A stretch of DNA of 64,000 bases from an uncultured virus (IMG/VR IMGVR_UViG_3300044731_000312) (IMGVR_UViG_3300044731_000312), one strand, 5' to 3'. Counted from the stretch's first letter, positions 17,349 through 27,759 are shown. Translations and numbers: made by a program. Notes: generated from the sequence alone by a model not told the origin.

Positions 17349-17549
17349 TTAGTATTGACTTTGTAGATAATCGTCGTGTGAAGCTGCTTCAAACTTTTGC
17401 GCGTCTGTTGTTTTGTAGCATTGCAAGTTGTAAATAGCATCTTTTATCCTGTCCCAAGCGTCCCAATTCTCATCTTGAGCCGCTGCGTCCAATTGCTCTT
17501 GCAGTTGCTCAATGATTGCAGCTACTTTTTGTTGATTGTACTTTTTCAT
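17349..17549 (-). CDS. First early gene (start MKKYN)
   Basis: Directly downstream of the early promoter; ACAAGGG RBS. Confidence 0.6.
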   Translation of the reverse strand: MKKYNQQKVAAIIEQLQEQLDAAAQDENWDAWDRIKDAIYNLQCYKTTDAQKFEAASHDDYLQSQY

Positions 17550-17586
17550 TGCCGTGCCCTTGTTAAGTGTGAACTTGATTACGTCA

Positions 17587-17660
17587 CAAATATACGTAAA
17601 CATTTTGTCTACACAATAGAAAAAAGAAAAAAAGTCAAAAAAAATTTAACTTTTTCTCGG
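17587..17660 (-). promoter_or_regulatory. Main early promoter of A with upstream T-tracts
   Basis: TTG-N19-TATATTTG (Bacteroidota -33/-7 consensus). Confidence 0.7.
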
Positions 17661-17685
17661 ATAGGTAAAAATATCGGGCTTTTCT

Positions 17686-18219
17686 TTACGCTTTGGTGTC
17701 GTATACCATCGCATCAGGCACGTTCAGCTCGCTAGGCAGACGGTACGCAATAATGCGCCCCTTGTCATATCCTGCTATGCTTACCTTGTTTGACTGATTA
17801 CCGCCTAGCACATAGACGTATTTAGCCGTCTCGCGTACATAAAAGCCAACGTGACCGCCTCCGGTACGTGTCATTACTACAATGCACCCCGAATGAGGCT
17901 TGCATGACTGCCCATATTTAGCCCATGACCGCGCTGCCGCTGATCCTGTGACGCTATACCCGGCATTGCCTACGCACCAGTTGACAAAAGAAGAACACCA
18001 CGGCGTTTCGTCATCCTTCGCCTTCAACGTCGTGCGCTGATGATACTCAACGATGCGCTTGTTATGCTTTGGCCCTGCTATTTCGGCCTGCCCTTTTTCC
18101 TTCTGCGCAATCTGCATCCAGCTATATTCGGTCGGCTGCTCTGCCTTTGGAGTGTTTAGCTGTTTTAAAGTATTGCCATACCATGTTTTCAAGCCCAACA
18201 ACAAGTTCCTCATCATCAA
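17686..18219 (-). CDS. TIGR02594-family (NlpC/P60-CHAP-like) endolysin
   Basis: DETPWCSSFVNW, AARSW, GHVGF, VLGGNQS. Confidence 0.85.
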   Translation of the reverse strand: MMMRNLLLGLKTWYGNTLKQLNTPKAEQPTEYSWMQIAQKEKGQAEIAGPKHNKRIVEYHQRTTLKAKDDETPWCSSFVNWCVGNAGYSVTGSAAARSWAKYGQSCKPHSGCIVVMTRTGGGHVGFYVRETAKYVYVLGGNQSNKVSIAGYDKGRIIAYRLPSELNVPDAMVYDTKA

Positions 18220-18457
18220 ATCGCCTTCCTATCGTGTAAAGTGCCGCATGTATGAATTCATGGATAAACGTCTGCGTCATCGTGTCCGCTGTACAGGGCT
18301 TGCCTTCGACTGTGCGAGCAATCCTGATCGTGTAGGTGTCTATGTTGCATTCGCCGTACAAGTGCTGTACTTCGCCCGCAGGTGTCACTACAACGATTGA
18401 CTTTTGCAGCTTGACACGCCACGTATTGCCGCCGAGCTTGAATGATGTTGGTGTCAT
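18122..18457 (-). CDS. Small HExxH metallopeptidase-like protein
   Basis: TFIHEFIHA; homolog at 62466..62756. Confidence 0.75.
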   Translation of the reverse strand: MTPTSFKLGGNTWRVKLQKSIVVVTPAGEVQHLYGECNIDTYTIRIARTVEGKPCTADTMTQTFIHEFIHAALYTIGRRFDDEELVVGLENMVWQYFKTAKHSKGRAADRI

Positions 18458-19425
18458 CGCACCACCCCTTGCAGGATTACTTTGTTGTGAACGGTGAAAT
18501 TACCCTGCGCTTCTAACTCCACCAAAGCTACGCCGTGATTCCAGTTGTTGCGAGGCGCGTAGCGTGGGTTTAGATCGCATAAGCACCCAACAGACCACCC
18601 CGCTATGAAAGTACCGTCCAGCGGCCTTCTAAATAGGTCTGTGGAAGTCTTATGTACGTGCCCTACCATCACATTATCTACGGCTTTCATGCGGTAGTTG
18701 CGCGCTGGATTAACACCACCACCTCCAAACCATTCGTGACCGTGATCTATCCATAGCTTGCCCGCTTTAACCTTTGCCCGCTCGTCTACCCACTCTATCC
18801 CCTGCTCGTGCAATCCGAGCATCTCTTCTAGAATGATCGTGCCTTCTAACTCTTTTGCCTTCTGTGCTAGGTAACGCTTGAGCCGTTCCTCGTGATTGCC
18901 CTCCCGGTAGACGATCCGCACCTTATCGCCAAAAAATTGCCGCAGATGCTTAACCATAGTACGCGCGGCGTCCAATTCCCACTTCCATGACCTGTTATTT
19001 TCTACCTTTTCATGCGAAGAAAGGTTATAGCAGTCCATCATATCGCCATTTAAAAGCAGCGTATCTACTCCACAGTTGCGCAGCCATTCGATAGCGGTTA
19101 AATATGCGCCGCTATACGTTCCGTCTGCTTCCCTGCGCAGATCGTGAAAGGGCCAATGAGCATCCGAGATTACGCCAATCTTGTTGCACGTAGACAAGTC
19201 CGTTATCTCATCTTCGCGCAGCTCTCCTGCAAGCGGAGCAACTGGCTCCGGTTCTTGACCGAATACAGCACCGGTTACGGCCTGCTCGGCATAGCTAGAT
19301 TCTGCCCTAGCAATACCAAGCTGGATGTTGGTGTTGTTGGTTTTCATCTTTTTGAGCCGCTCGGCTCGCATAGCTGCGACCGCTTCGTATTCTTCGTCAG
19401 TTAGCCGGACTGCTTTATTACCCAT
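18454..19425 (-). CDS. Calcineurin-like metallophosphoesterase
   Basis: SDAH, NGDMMD, GNHE, HGH, GHVH. Confidence 0.9.
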   Translation of the reverse strand: MGNKAVRLTDEEYEAVAAMRAERLKKMKTNNTNIQLGIARAESSYAEQAVTGAVFGQEPEPVAPLAGELREDEITDLSTCNKIGVISDAHWPFHDLRREADGTYSGAYLTAIEWLRNCGVDTLLLNGDMMDCYNLSSHEKVENNRSWKWELDAARTMVKHLRQFFGDKVRIVYREGNHEERLKRYLAQKAKELEGTIILEEMLGLHEQGIEWVDERAKVKAGKLWIDHGHEWFGGGGVNPARNYRMKAVDNVMVGHVHKTSTDLFRRPLDGTFIAGWSVGCLCDLNPRYAPRNNWNHGVALVELEAQGNFTVHNKVILQGVVR

Positions 19426-19565
19426 CAGTTAGCCCTTACATTGTGATCTTTCGCCCATTGCTCCAGATAGACGATAACGTGCAATAGCTGCGCCCGGCGT
19501 ACCGGTGGGATGTCATCGTATGCAATTACTTTGAGCTGTTCAATCAGTTCTTCAACGTCTATCAT
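19425..19565 (-). CDS. 46-aa protein (not in ORF track)
   Basis: MIDVEE...PVRRAQLL; positional homolog at 50744..50875 (PVRRAELL). Confidence 0.65.
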   Translation of the reverse strand: MIDVEELIEQLKVIAYDDIPPVRRAQLLHVIVYLEQWAKDHNVRAN

Positions 19566-20101
19566 AGTGCTGTACCCGCTTCTGTAATTACTTTTAAGCG
19601 CATAGCAGCCGATGCAGCATACGTTAGACTTGAACCGTTATTAGATATTACAACGCCATACAAAAACCCAGCAGTAGAGCCAACGCCCGTACGATAGTAA
19701 CGAGCAGGATTTACGCGAGCTACCCATACGGTATCGCTTACGCGCACATAGTCCGCCTGCGCTACTGGTACGACCGCCACAAGATCAGTTACGCTGCCAT
19801 TAAAAACCGCTCCGAGCGTTGGCGTGCCCGGCGAACTGTTTGTATAGAGGTAAACATGCAGCGGAGCTTTCTTGATATTGGCGCTACTGCTTGCAGTCTC
19901 TTCTATCTCAAGCTGCCGCAAGATCATGTGCTGGTTTGTCGTGTTCGCCGTACCTTCAAACGTTATCACCGTATTCGATACGGGATAGTATTGCGACAGC
20001 GAGCTTGTAGATACGCTGGTTAGGTCGATCCATCCGAGATCACTAGAGTTGGTTGCGCTTAAAAGATTAGGCGCGACAGGTGTATTTGGTAAGCAGCTCA
20101 T
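19562..20101 (-). CDS. Tail-tip structural protein
   Basis: Homolog at 50872..51411. Confidence 0.7.
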   Translation of the reverse strand: MSCLPNTPVAPNLLSATNSSDLGWIDLTSVSTSSLSQYYPVSNTVITFEGTANTTNQHMILRQLEIEETASSSANIKKAPLHVYLYTNSSPGTPTLGAVFNGSVTDLVAVVPVAQADYVRVSDTVWVARVNPARYYRTGVGSTAGFLYGVVISNNGSSLTYAASAAMRLKVITEAGTAL

Positions 20102-20895
20102 TGGTTGTGGTCGAATTGGTAAAGAAATCCTGTTACTGGGTTGTTGTATATCTCGATGTTGTCGCAGTTCTCACGATGCCCCGTTACATAGCCGTAAACA
20201 GATGTAGGATACAAAGCTACGTCCAAACCAGCCAAGCTATCTTTGGCGTAAATACGTATAGTTAGTACGTCGCCCGTCCGCATAGGTATGTGAGCACCGC
20301 CGCCCATGCGCGTATCAATGATCTTGTTTGCGCCCATCATGCTATTGTCAACGTTATCAATCAAACGGTAAAGCGAACCGTTTAGGAATAGACCGAGCTT
20401 TGAGCTTGAGACGTTGGCATTGTTGGCAAACTGAAAATTGAGGTAAGCATATATCCAGTATATACCTGCCGCATCTTCTGGGCAGCGGTACTGCCAGTAC
20501 GCCGTACCATCCGCCACTACGCCGCCATTGGAACAGCCCATAGCCCGCAGCACTTCGTTGTTAAATGCTAGTATCTGCCAGTCATTTACTCGGTATGCTT
20601 GATTCTGCTTTATATCCCATTGGAAAGAACGCTTGTAATCCGAAACCCAATGCTTTGATCTATGCTCTGATTCGTGCATTGCCTTCATTATGCGATCGTT
20701 GTCGGTCTGGATATACTGGTTAGTGATATAGAGCTGCGTAATATCGCCGTAGCGGATGTTTACGATCTCTTGGTACGTCACTGATGTTGGTGTTGTACCT
20801 ACTTGGAAGATCGCACCGTTACGCATTTGGTCACGCTCAAACGCTAGCGATGCTGGAGCTACCTTGCGGTTCTTGATTGGATCATTTATTGGCAT
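20098..20895 (-). CDS. Tail-tip receptor-binding candidate, C1q/TNF-like C-terminal domain
   Basis: G.Y.I..., LNG, GD.L.I pattern; homolog at 51440..52246. Confidence 0.6.
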   Translation of the reverse strand: MPINDPIKNRKVAPASLAFERDQMRNGAIFQVGTTPTSVTYQEIVNIRYGDITQLYITNQYIQTDNDRIMKAMHESEHRSKHWVSDYKRSFQWDIKQNQAYRVNDWQILAFNNEVLRAMGCSNGGVVADGTAYWQYRCPEDAAGIYWIYAYLNFQFANNANVSSSKLGLFLNGSLYRLIDNVDNSMMGANKIIDTRMGGGAHIPMRTGDVLTIRIYAKDSLAGLDVALYPTSVYGYVTGHRENCDNIEIYNNPVTGFLYQFDHNQ

Positions 20896-22691
20896 TATGC
20901 GCTCACCATATAGTAGCGGTGCGTAGCTTTTGCGCCTATCAAGTCAACGGATATTGATACTGGCATTGCCTTATCCCATGCGATGTTATCGAATTTATCT
21001 GCCGCTTCGTTGGTTAGCTCAAATTTGCCTGCGATATAATCCGTCATTACCTTATTGCTTATGCTCAAAGGCCACTCTACCTCTACAATAGCGTTGTTTT
21101 CGTTGCTAAATACCGTCAAAAGTAGGTTGCACAGGGCAGCCGTGATACATCCGTTCACTTGGCAGTCATTGATCTGCAAGAAGTAGGTTGCCTGCGTCTC
21201 GGAATTAGTTTTGAAATCAGTTGCAGGAACTGGATTTTTTAATCCGTCAGGGTCTACTACGACAGATTGTGTCGTGCTATATCGTATAGCCGTTTTTTCA
21301 TGAATCTTTGTGAAGTTATTTGGCGAACCGCTGTAATAACTACCACGCACGTATAGCTGGTTAGTCTGCTTTATTGGGGCTTTGAACTTGGGCCACCTAT
21401 CATCTGGGTTGTTGTCCTGAATATGCACCGGCATGTTATGCAAAAGCGGCTCTATATTCATGCTTCGAGATGCCCTAGCCCCGCGCTGCACCTTGACAAT
21501 ATCCGTAGCGTCGCGATCTGATTCGGTCTCGTAACGTACTTCTGCTTTTAAGATGTTATCGCCGCGCTTTGTAATGCTTGAGTATGTCAACGCACTAGAC
21601 AAAGATAGCGTAGCATCTACATTGCTCGGATGATCGCGGCCTTCCGTTACCATCTTAACGTCAAATACTACATTGATTGCAGTGCCTGATCCGCTGCCGC
21701 TTGTAGTAAAGCGATAACCAACACGTACGCCCGATTGCTCGCATAGCGTACGCAGCACATCGTATGCCGTAGTATTAGCGTTGGCAATGCCGTACTTGTC
21801 TTGTTGCACCATTACGCCGCCTATGGCCGTTGCATCACCTACGGGCGTGATCTCTACAAGCGCGTACATCTGTGCATTTGTTAACGCTGTACTGTCCGCA
21901 TTACGCGGCAAGCTTTGAACGCTAGCGGCAGCGTACCAGTCTACCGCGTGATTCATGAGGTTGCGCAAAGCATTGGTGCTATCAAACGTACCGCTTGCGG
22001 CGTGTGTCAAGGATTCGGCAAAGTAGCTTGACGAATTGTAGAACGTGTCCATTAAATTCCCGATGGACAAAAATGTTCCTTGTGCGTTAACACTCCAGAA
22101 CTCGTGTACTTGCTCTCGGTTATTTAGATTGCTTGGGTTTAGTCTTATCTGCCAAGCATTAGGCCCTGCTGCAATATCTTGACTTAATATCTTGGCTATT
22201 CCCAAACCTATCACATTGAAGAACTGTTTGCCGTTCATTGTCTTGAGCCAGTAATACGCGATGTCTACCAGCTCTACATTGTACGAGAAAAAGCCGTTAT
22301 CAAGCGGCTGCAATTCTAGTGCTTCTACGTTGTCTTCACATCCTGCAAACTCAAGCGACCATGTTGCACCGCTTGTGCCGCGATCTGTGTAGAGATACCA
22401 CGTATTGCGCTTGTACCCTGAAAGCAGTAACGGGTCTTCCGTAAAAGCATCTTCAAGGTACGTCTTCATTGCATCGGGAAGCTGATCCCACACAAGACGA
22501 AATGAGAACGTAGCAGGATTCATAAGGCCATAGGGCAGCGAATCAAACTCTGCGGTTAGTGCGCCCATTTCAAGCAATACCACCTCTGGCAACGGTACGA
22601 TCGTGTCACCAAATGCGCCGTCGTAGCTTATCATGTCCAGCCGCACTTGCCATCCGTTCGGCATAGTGCGAGCAATGCGGTAGTGTGCCAT
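20895..22691 (-). CDS. Tail hub/baseplate protein
   Basis: Second gene after TMP; homolog at 52246..54000. Confidence 0.6.
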   Translation of the reverse strand: MAHYRIARTMPNGWQVRLDMISYDGAFGDTIVPLPEVVLLEMGALTAEFDSLPYGLMNPATFSFRLVWDQLPDAMKTYLEDAFTEDPLLLSGYKRNTWYLYTDRGTSGATWSLEFAGCEDNVEALELQPLDNGFFSYNVELVDIAYYWLKTMNGKQFFNVIGLGIAKILSQDIAAGPNAWQIRLNPSNLNNREQVHEFWSVNAQGTFLSIGNLMDTFYNSSSYFAESLTHAASGTFDSTNALRNLMNHAVDWYAAASVQSLPRNADSTALTNAQMYALVEITPVGDATAIGGVMVQQDKYGIANANTTAYDVLRTLCEQSGVRVGYRFTTSGSGSGTAINVVFDVKMVTEGRDHPSNVDATLSLSSALTYSSITKRGDNILKAEVRYETESDRDATDIVKVQRGARASRSMNIEPLLHNMPVHIQDNNPDDRWPKFKAPIKQTNQLYVRGSYYSGSPNNFTKIHEKTAIRYSTTQSVVVDPDGLKNPVPATDFKTNSETQATYFLQINDCQVNGCITAALCNLLLTVFSNENNAIVEVEWPLSISNKVMTDYIAGKFELTNEAADKFDNIAWDKAMPVSISVDLIGAKATHRYYMVSA

Positions 22692-23179
22692 TAGCTGCGC
22701 TTCCTATGCTCAAACGTGAGCGTTAAAGTACGATTGCCGAATTGCTTATTGATTGCCGTGTTATTAGACGTCAAAGTCACAGGATATACATACGTTGCCG
22801 CAGGATAAGCCCTCGATCCACCATCCACGCGAAGGTACAAGAACTTAAAATCTCGGATGATGTTTAGCAGCGTGATCATGTCCTCCATATCCTGTTCTAA
22901 AGTTACCGACGTTGCATCGTAACTAAACGGATAGGTTTCAATTTGGAACTGTATACGGCGCGTCGTGAATCCTATGACCGTTCCACTCACATCTTCTAGC
23001 GTGCCTGTATTGAACACATAATCGAATTGCGGCGCAAGGATGAAAACGCTTTTGTTTGTCGCGGTAGTCAACGCTGATATAAGCATCATTGCCCCGCCAT
23101 ACGTCGCGTCGCTTGTTGTCGTAGCTGTATCTGTATTGCTGCCGTACAGCGTCATTGTCCAGTTACTCTTTGCTGGCAT
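22691..23179 (-). CDS. Distal tail protein (putative)
   Basis: Immediately after TMP; homolog at 54000..54512. Confidence 0.6.
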   Translation of the reverse strand: MPAKSNWTMTLYGSNTDTATTTSDATYGGAMMLISALTTATNKSVFILAPQFDYVFNTGTLEDVSGTVIGFTTRRIQFQIETYPFSYDATSVTLEQDMEDMITLLNIIRDFKFLYLRVDGGSRAYPAATYVYPVTLTSNNTAINKQFGNRTLTLTFEHRKRS

Positions 23180-23180
23180 G

Positions 23181-26100
23181 TTATCCTCTCAACTTTCTTG
23201 CTATCATTCGTGAGCGGTCACGCTCGTAAAGGTACGTATCCATGCCTACTTGCACATCTACTCCCATGTTGCCCTGTATACCATTCGGCATTGAGTCCAG
23301 ACGCTGCCGAATAGCCGAAAGCTCGGAGCGCATAAGTTGTAGCTCCGTTACTGGTATCGTGCTAATCTGATTGTCCGCGAGCATCTTCTGCAAAGCAGGG
23401 AATGACTCAAGCGATTTGCCGCTATGCAAGTGCTCAAGCAGCGCCCTGTTCTTGCGTGTTGTATCGGCAGTCATTACGAACTCTTGCCCGTGGACTACGC
23501 CCGCTACTTGCTTTGTGCCGCCGTTGCCCGTGTAACCGCCTTCTTCAAAGCCAGACAACGCGGACTGCAATAATGCCTTTAACGCTTGCACCGCTGCAAG
23601 CCCGGCGATTTGTCCGAATGGCGGAGGGATAACCGAGCTAAACAAGGCCACAATAGATGGCGTATACAAGTCAAGCAATGCGCTAACAGTCGATCCGACT
23701 ACTTTCTTGAGTGCCTCGCCTGCGCTTTCACCGCCCGCTACAAGCGATGCAAAAGCAGCACCCGCTGATACGGCTATCTGGTTAAGTGCAGCGTCCTGTA
23801 CCTCTGCTGATTCCTGCGCTAGCTTCTCATCTTCCTTCTTAAGATTAGCGCGATCCTGCGTATACTTTTCCTCTATCGCCTTGAGTGCTGCCTCGTAAAC
23901 TTCCTTGTCTTTGATACCCTGATCTTGCAGAGCTTTAACCTCTGCTGCCTTTAGTTTTTCAAGGTCGATCTCTTGCTTGGCTATCTCTTTTCTACGTTCG
24001 AGTGCAGCGTTTACCGTATTGATACCGTCCTGCGCTGCCTTTGCCTGTTGATCTGCAATAGCTTGGAATGCCTGCGAGATAGCCGTAGCCGTCGCACTTG
24101 CCGTCTGTTCCTGTTGTGCCTGCAAGTTAGCAAGCTGATCTACCGAATCTTGATAAGTCGCTGTACCATCCTGCAAGTTCTCGATTAACTTCTCTTGCTC
24201 TTCGTTCAAGGCCGCTGCTTTGTCCGCAGCTTCGCCGTAGATAGTCGCAAAATCTACCGAGCGCAGAGCTTCACCAATGCCACGCAATGAATCTGCAAAT
24301 ATCTCGCCCGACTGCTTTACTTGTTGTTGCCTGATCTGCGCTACGATGTCCGCTGTACCCTTCGCAATCTCATCCGCGCTTTGCTGGTATGCGCCGCGAA
24401 TCTGTAATGCGTACACATCTTTAGTATCGGATGGTAGCGATTGCAATCGTGCAAGTATCTCTGCGCGTACTTTATTTGTACGCTCTGCATAATCGGCAGG
24501 ATTTAACAAGCCCTGCTCGATCTCTTTGTTAATCTTTGCAATAGCAGCCGCATACTCTGGAGTAGATGCAATGATAGCATCTACCGTTGCCGTCAGTCCG
24601 CGCTCAATAGCTGATCTTTGTGCGTTTAGAACAGCCGCAGCAAGCGAGTTGTCACCGCCCGCAAAGCGTGCCTGCAATCGTGCTAGTAACTGATCCGCAA
24701 CTTTGGCGTTAAGCTCTTCTACTTTCTTTGCCTGCTCTTGTGCCTTTGCCAATTCATCGGCGCGCTGCTTTGCCCTTATTTGTGCAATAGCGTCAGCGCT
24801 TTCCTGCTCTAATTTCTTGAGCTGTATATTAAGTATTTCGCGCTGCGTAGTCTCTAGCTTGCCCTTGCCTTTGATAGCTGCAAGCTGTTCATCCAGTATC
24901 TTCTTCTGAAAGTCACGCTCGATTTCAATGATCTTAATTGCGCGCTTATTTTCATCCTCGATAGACTGCGCATCGCGTATTTGCTGCCGCTTCTGTTCTT
25001 CCGCCGTTATTGCTTTTAATTCGGCGCGTGCTGCTTTTAACGCTTCGGCGTATGCCTTTTCCTGTTCTTTCTTTTTCTCTGCTGCTGCCGCTTGTTCTTC
25101 TGCCAGCTTTGCCGCCTCTTCTGGAGTCAGCCCGCCGTTGTTTGCTTTGTTAACATCCTCTTGCGCCTTTGCCTGTTCCTTCGTAGCGTCTGCATCTTTC
25201 TTCTTTGCTTGTGTCAACGTGCCAAATGCAGATAAGGCATTTTCGATGTTGCTTAAATCAAAAGAACTGACGGCGTTGACAAGCCCTACGATTGCATCGC
25301 CCAAGTTGGTAATAACTGTAAAAACAGTTTCACCAAGTGACTTGAGATAGTTCCATGCTTTTGAAAGAAACTCGGTAGCACCTGTTAAATCTCCAAACCA
25401 TTTGACAAGTTTAACAATAGCACTAATAAGTATCTGTACGGGAGCATATAAAACACGCCAAACAGTTAGCAAAACCTTAAAAGCTAAAACAACACGATCG
25501 ACAACAAACTTTGCTAAAAATCCAAGATATTCGCCATATAATTTTAGTATGTCAACGCCGGGGCCTAATCCTGAAAAGGCGCTTACAAACACATCTTTTA
25601 ATTTCCCAAATCCATCTATCAAAGGAGTAAGGACAGGCGCAATTACTTTTTGGTATACTTCGTTGAGTGCCTGCCCAACTTCTTTCTTTGCAAGCTCAAA
25701 GATGCGCCCAAAATCAGGCGGCGGTATCGTTTGGTCGATTACCTTGCCCGCTTCTTGTGCTGCCTTCTTAACGGCCGCTGTATCAATTGGCGCGCTGAAT
25801 ATCTTACTATACGCTTCGCTGCCGATGTCTTCCGCGATAGAGCCGCCGAAGGTAGTGAGCAATTGACCCCGTAGGGACTGCGATATTTTGCCGTCCTTAA
25901 ATGCCTTGTCAATCTCTGCGATAGATTGCGTAAGCACTTCCTTACCTGATAGCGTGCCCTTCTGCGCTTGCCGTGCTAGGTTCTCAAGCTGCTTGCTAGT
26001 CTCACCACCAATGCCCTGCAATTGCGTTAGAAGATCACCCGACTTAATACGGTTTTGCAGCTCTTTAATACCATCGCCAACTTTGGCAAAGTCTTTGAGA

Positions 26101-26969
26101 CCTACTTCGCCCGCTTTGCCTAGCAGCCCTGTAAACTCTTCTGCGCTAAATCCAGCTTCTTTGAGGTTCGGCGTAAACTCTTGGATAGCATCCAAATAGC
26201 CGCCGATATCGGTAACACCTTTTTGTGCTCCCGATGCTACCAAGTTTAGCGCATCGTTAAAGCTCAAGCCGTACTGCTTAATGAGCGGCGATAGCTTGCC
26301 CACTAACTCCGGCGTCTCTGTTCCTAACGCCTGCGCTACTTGGTTTGATCGCGCTGCCGCCTCATCTAAACTATCAAGTGGTATTGCATCTCCGAGCGTC
26401 TGACGTAGCGAACCCACGATCTTCGCAGCTTCCGCCGCGCTCTCCCCCACACCCTTCAAAAAAGCATTGTCCGCTGCCGTCTCTAACTTGCCTAAATCTT
26501 CGCCTGCTAGCCCCGTGCTAATCGATAGCTGCTTGAGCGTCTTGTCAAACTCCGCGCCCGCTGCAAATGCTTCACCAAATGCGCCCGCCACTGCTCCAAC
26601 GGTAGAGCTTAAAATCTCCATCCCGCTAGACAATGCGCCTGCTAATGGGAAAGCTGCGGCAAGGCCGTTGCTCAATCCTTCTATTGCGCCCCCAGCGTCA
26701 CCACCTTTTGCCGCTTCAAATGCGCTGGACAGTTCTTTTTTAATGTTGGCAATAACGCCTTCTGCTTTGCTACCGTCTAGCTTTATAGTCTGCTTATCAC
26801 CTAAATCTTGCAGCTCGCTTTTCGCGGCTTTAATGTCGCTGTCATCAACTTTCGGCTTAATAGTCGGATCGATGTTGTCCAGCTTTTTAGCTTCTGTTAA
26901 TACAGTACCGAGCTGCTTCTTTAGTTCGCTGGCATCTATGTCTATTTTGACGGTAACTTTTTCTGCCAT
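23181..26969 (-). CDS. Tail tape measure protein
   Basis: 1262 aa, Ala-rich helical; C-terminal GFEEGGYTG...AGVVHGQEFV. Confidence 0.9.
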   Translation of the reverse strand: MAEKVTVKIDIDASELKKQLGTVLTEAKKLDNIDPTIKPKVDDSDIKAAKSELQDLGDKQTIKLDGSKAEGVIANIKKELSSAFEAAKGGDAGGAIEGLSNGLAAAFPLAGALSSGMEILSSTVGAVAGAFGEAFAAGAEFDKTLKQLSISTGLAGEDLGKLETAADNAFLKGVGESAAEAAKIVGSLRQTLGDAIPLDSLDEAAARSNQVAQALGTETPELVGKLSPLIKQYGLSFNDALNLVASGAQKGVTDIGGYLDAIQEFTPNLKEAGFSAEEFTGLLGKAGEVGLKDFAKVGDGIKELQNRIKSGDLLTQLQGIGGETSKQLENLARQAQKGTLSGKEVLTQSIAEIDKAFKDGKISQSLRGQLLTTFGGSIAEDIGSEAYSKIFSAPIDTAAVKKAAQEAGKVIDQTIPPPDFGRIFELAKKEVGQALNEVYQKVIAPVLTPLIDGFGKLKDVFVSAFSGLGPGVDILKLYGEYLGFLAKFVVDRVVLAFKVLLTVWRVLYAPVQILISAIVKLVKWFGDLTGATEFLSKAWNYLKSLGETVFTVITNLGDAIVGLVNAVSSFDLSNIENALSAFGTLTQAKKKDADATKEQAKAQEDVNKANNGGLTPEEAAKLAEEQAAAAEKKKEQEKAYAEALKAARAELKAITAEEQKRQQIRDAQSIEDENKRAIKIIEIERDFQKKILDEQLAAIKGKGKLETTQREILNIQLKKLEQESADAIAQIRAKQRADELAKAQEQAKKVEELNAKVADQLLARLQARFAGGDNSLAAAVLNAQRSAIERGLTATVDAIIASTPEYAAAIAKINKEIEQGLLNPADYAERTNKVRAEILARLQSLPSDTKDVYALQIRGAYQQSADEIAKGTADIVAQIRQQQVKQSGEIFADSLRGIGEALRSVDFATIYGEAADKAAALNEEQEKLIENLQDGTATYQDSVDQLANLQAQQEQTASATATAISQAFQAIADQQAKAAQDGINTVNAALERRKEIAKQEIDLEKLKAAEVKALQDQGIKDKEVYEAALKAIEEKYTQDRANLKKEDEKLAQESAEVQDAALNQIAVSAGAAFASLVAGGESAGEALKKVVGSTVSALLDLYTPSIVALFSSVIPPPFGQIAGLAAVQALKALLQSALSGFEEGGYTGNGGTKQVAGVVHGQEFVMTADTTRKNRALLEHLHSGKSLESFPALQKMLADNQISTIPVTELQLMRSELSAIRQRLDSMPNGIQGNMGVDVQVGMDTYLYERDRSRMIARKLRG

Positions 26970-27406
26970 TACTTCATTTCAAGTAGGGTATTGCAATACT
27001 TCTGCACATCGGTAATTGTTACGTGATGCCAGAATCCTTCATCGTCAAACTGTGCTGCGTCCTGTTCCGATAACCTGCTCTTGTCTGCCGTCGCTTTGAT
27101 GCAATCAATACCAAGCATAAGCGCGCTCATTGTGTGCGGTAACTCCTGCATTTGCCGATGCAATGCGGCTGCTTTTATCATATTGCTCTTCGCCCATTCG
27201 GTCAGGTCTAGCTCTGTAAACGTACCGCCATTGCTGATTGCTTTGTCCACAAGTGCCGCAAACTCTGCATCTTCTGCGTACATCTTCGACACGCCCGCCA
27301 TAATGCGGTCTTTGCCGTGTTCTTCAATGTATGCGCTGATCTTGCCTTGCCATTCTTGCAAGAGCTTCGCGTTCGCTACTGATAGCGGGATAGGTTCAAA
27401 ATTCAT
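26969..27406 (-). CDS. Second (paralogous) tail assembly chaperone
   Basis: Similar to 27760..28371 (P.TM....LGIDCI.AT.D.S.LSEQ...FW..VT...V..Y). Confidence 0.7.
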   Translation of the reverse strand: MNFEPIPLSVANAKLLQEWQGKISAYIEEHGKDRIMAGVSKMYAEDAEFAALVDKAISNGGTFTELDLTEWAKSNMIKAAALHRQMQELPHTMSALMLGIDCIKATADKSRLSEQDAAQFDDEGFWHHVTITDVQKYCNTLLEMK

Positions 27407-27758
27407 TGTGTGTCCTTCGAGGTTTGTTGAGACGCTTGCCGCTGGCTTTCTCGTACATGTATGCCTGTTCGCCCATGTCTCCAGTCCACCACGGCTTCTT
27501 GTAGTTAATTGCTTTTTGGATGTTTACCAGCTTGTAGAATTCCGCATACGCCATATCCATTACTTCGTAGTAACTCAATCCCCATTCGGGAGCGTATTGC
27601 AGAGCCATTGCCATAGATGATGCGGTAGCGGGTAACGTGTCGGTGTAGTTATCGTCTATGTCCATTGTAAAGTTAGGATGCTCTTGTGAGAATCCGTACT
27701 TGTCTAACAGCTTCACTTCGTGAATTTTCCACATAGTGACACGCCAAACTTCGTACAA
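27396..27758 (-). CDS. Tail chaperone gpT-like part, likely reached by +1 frameshift
   Basis: In the +1 frame of the chaperone and open back to TTT_CGC at 27778-27783. Confidence 0.65.
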   Translation of the reverse strand: MYEVWRVTMWKIHEVKLLDKYGFSQEHPNFTMDIDDNYTDTLPATASSMAMALQYAPEWGLSYYEVMDMAYAEFYKLVNIQKAINYKKPWWTGDMGEQAYMYEKASGKRLNKPRRTHNEF

Positions 27759-27759
27759 C

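Noticed and set aside
25380..25680. AT-rich patch in A's tape measure as a foreign insertion
   Set aside because: Coincides with a Phe/Leu/Val/Lys-rich hydrophobic segment that can explain the composition; no boundary repeats seen.
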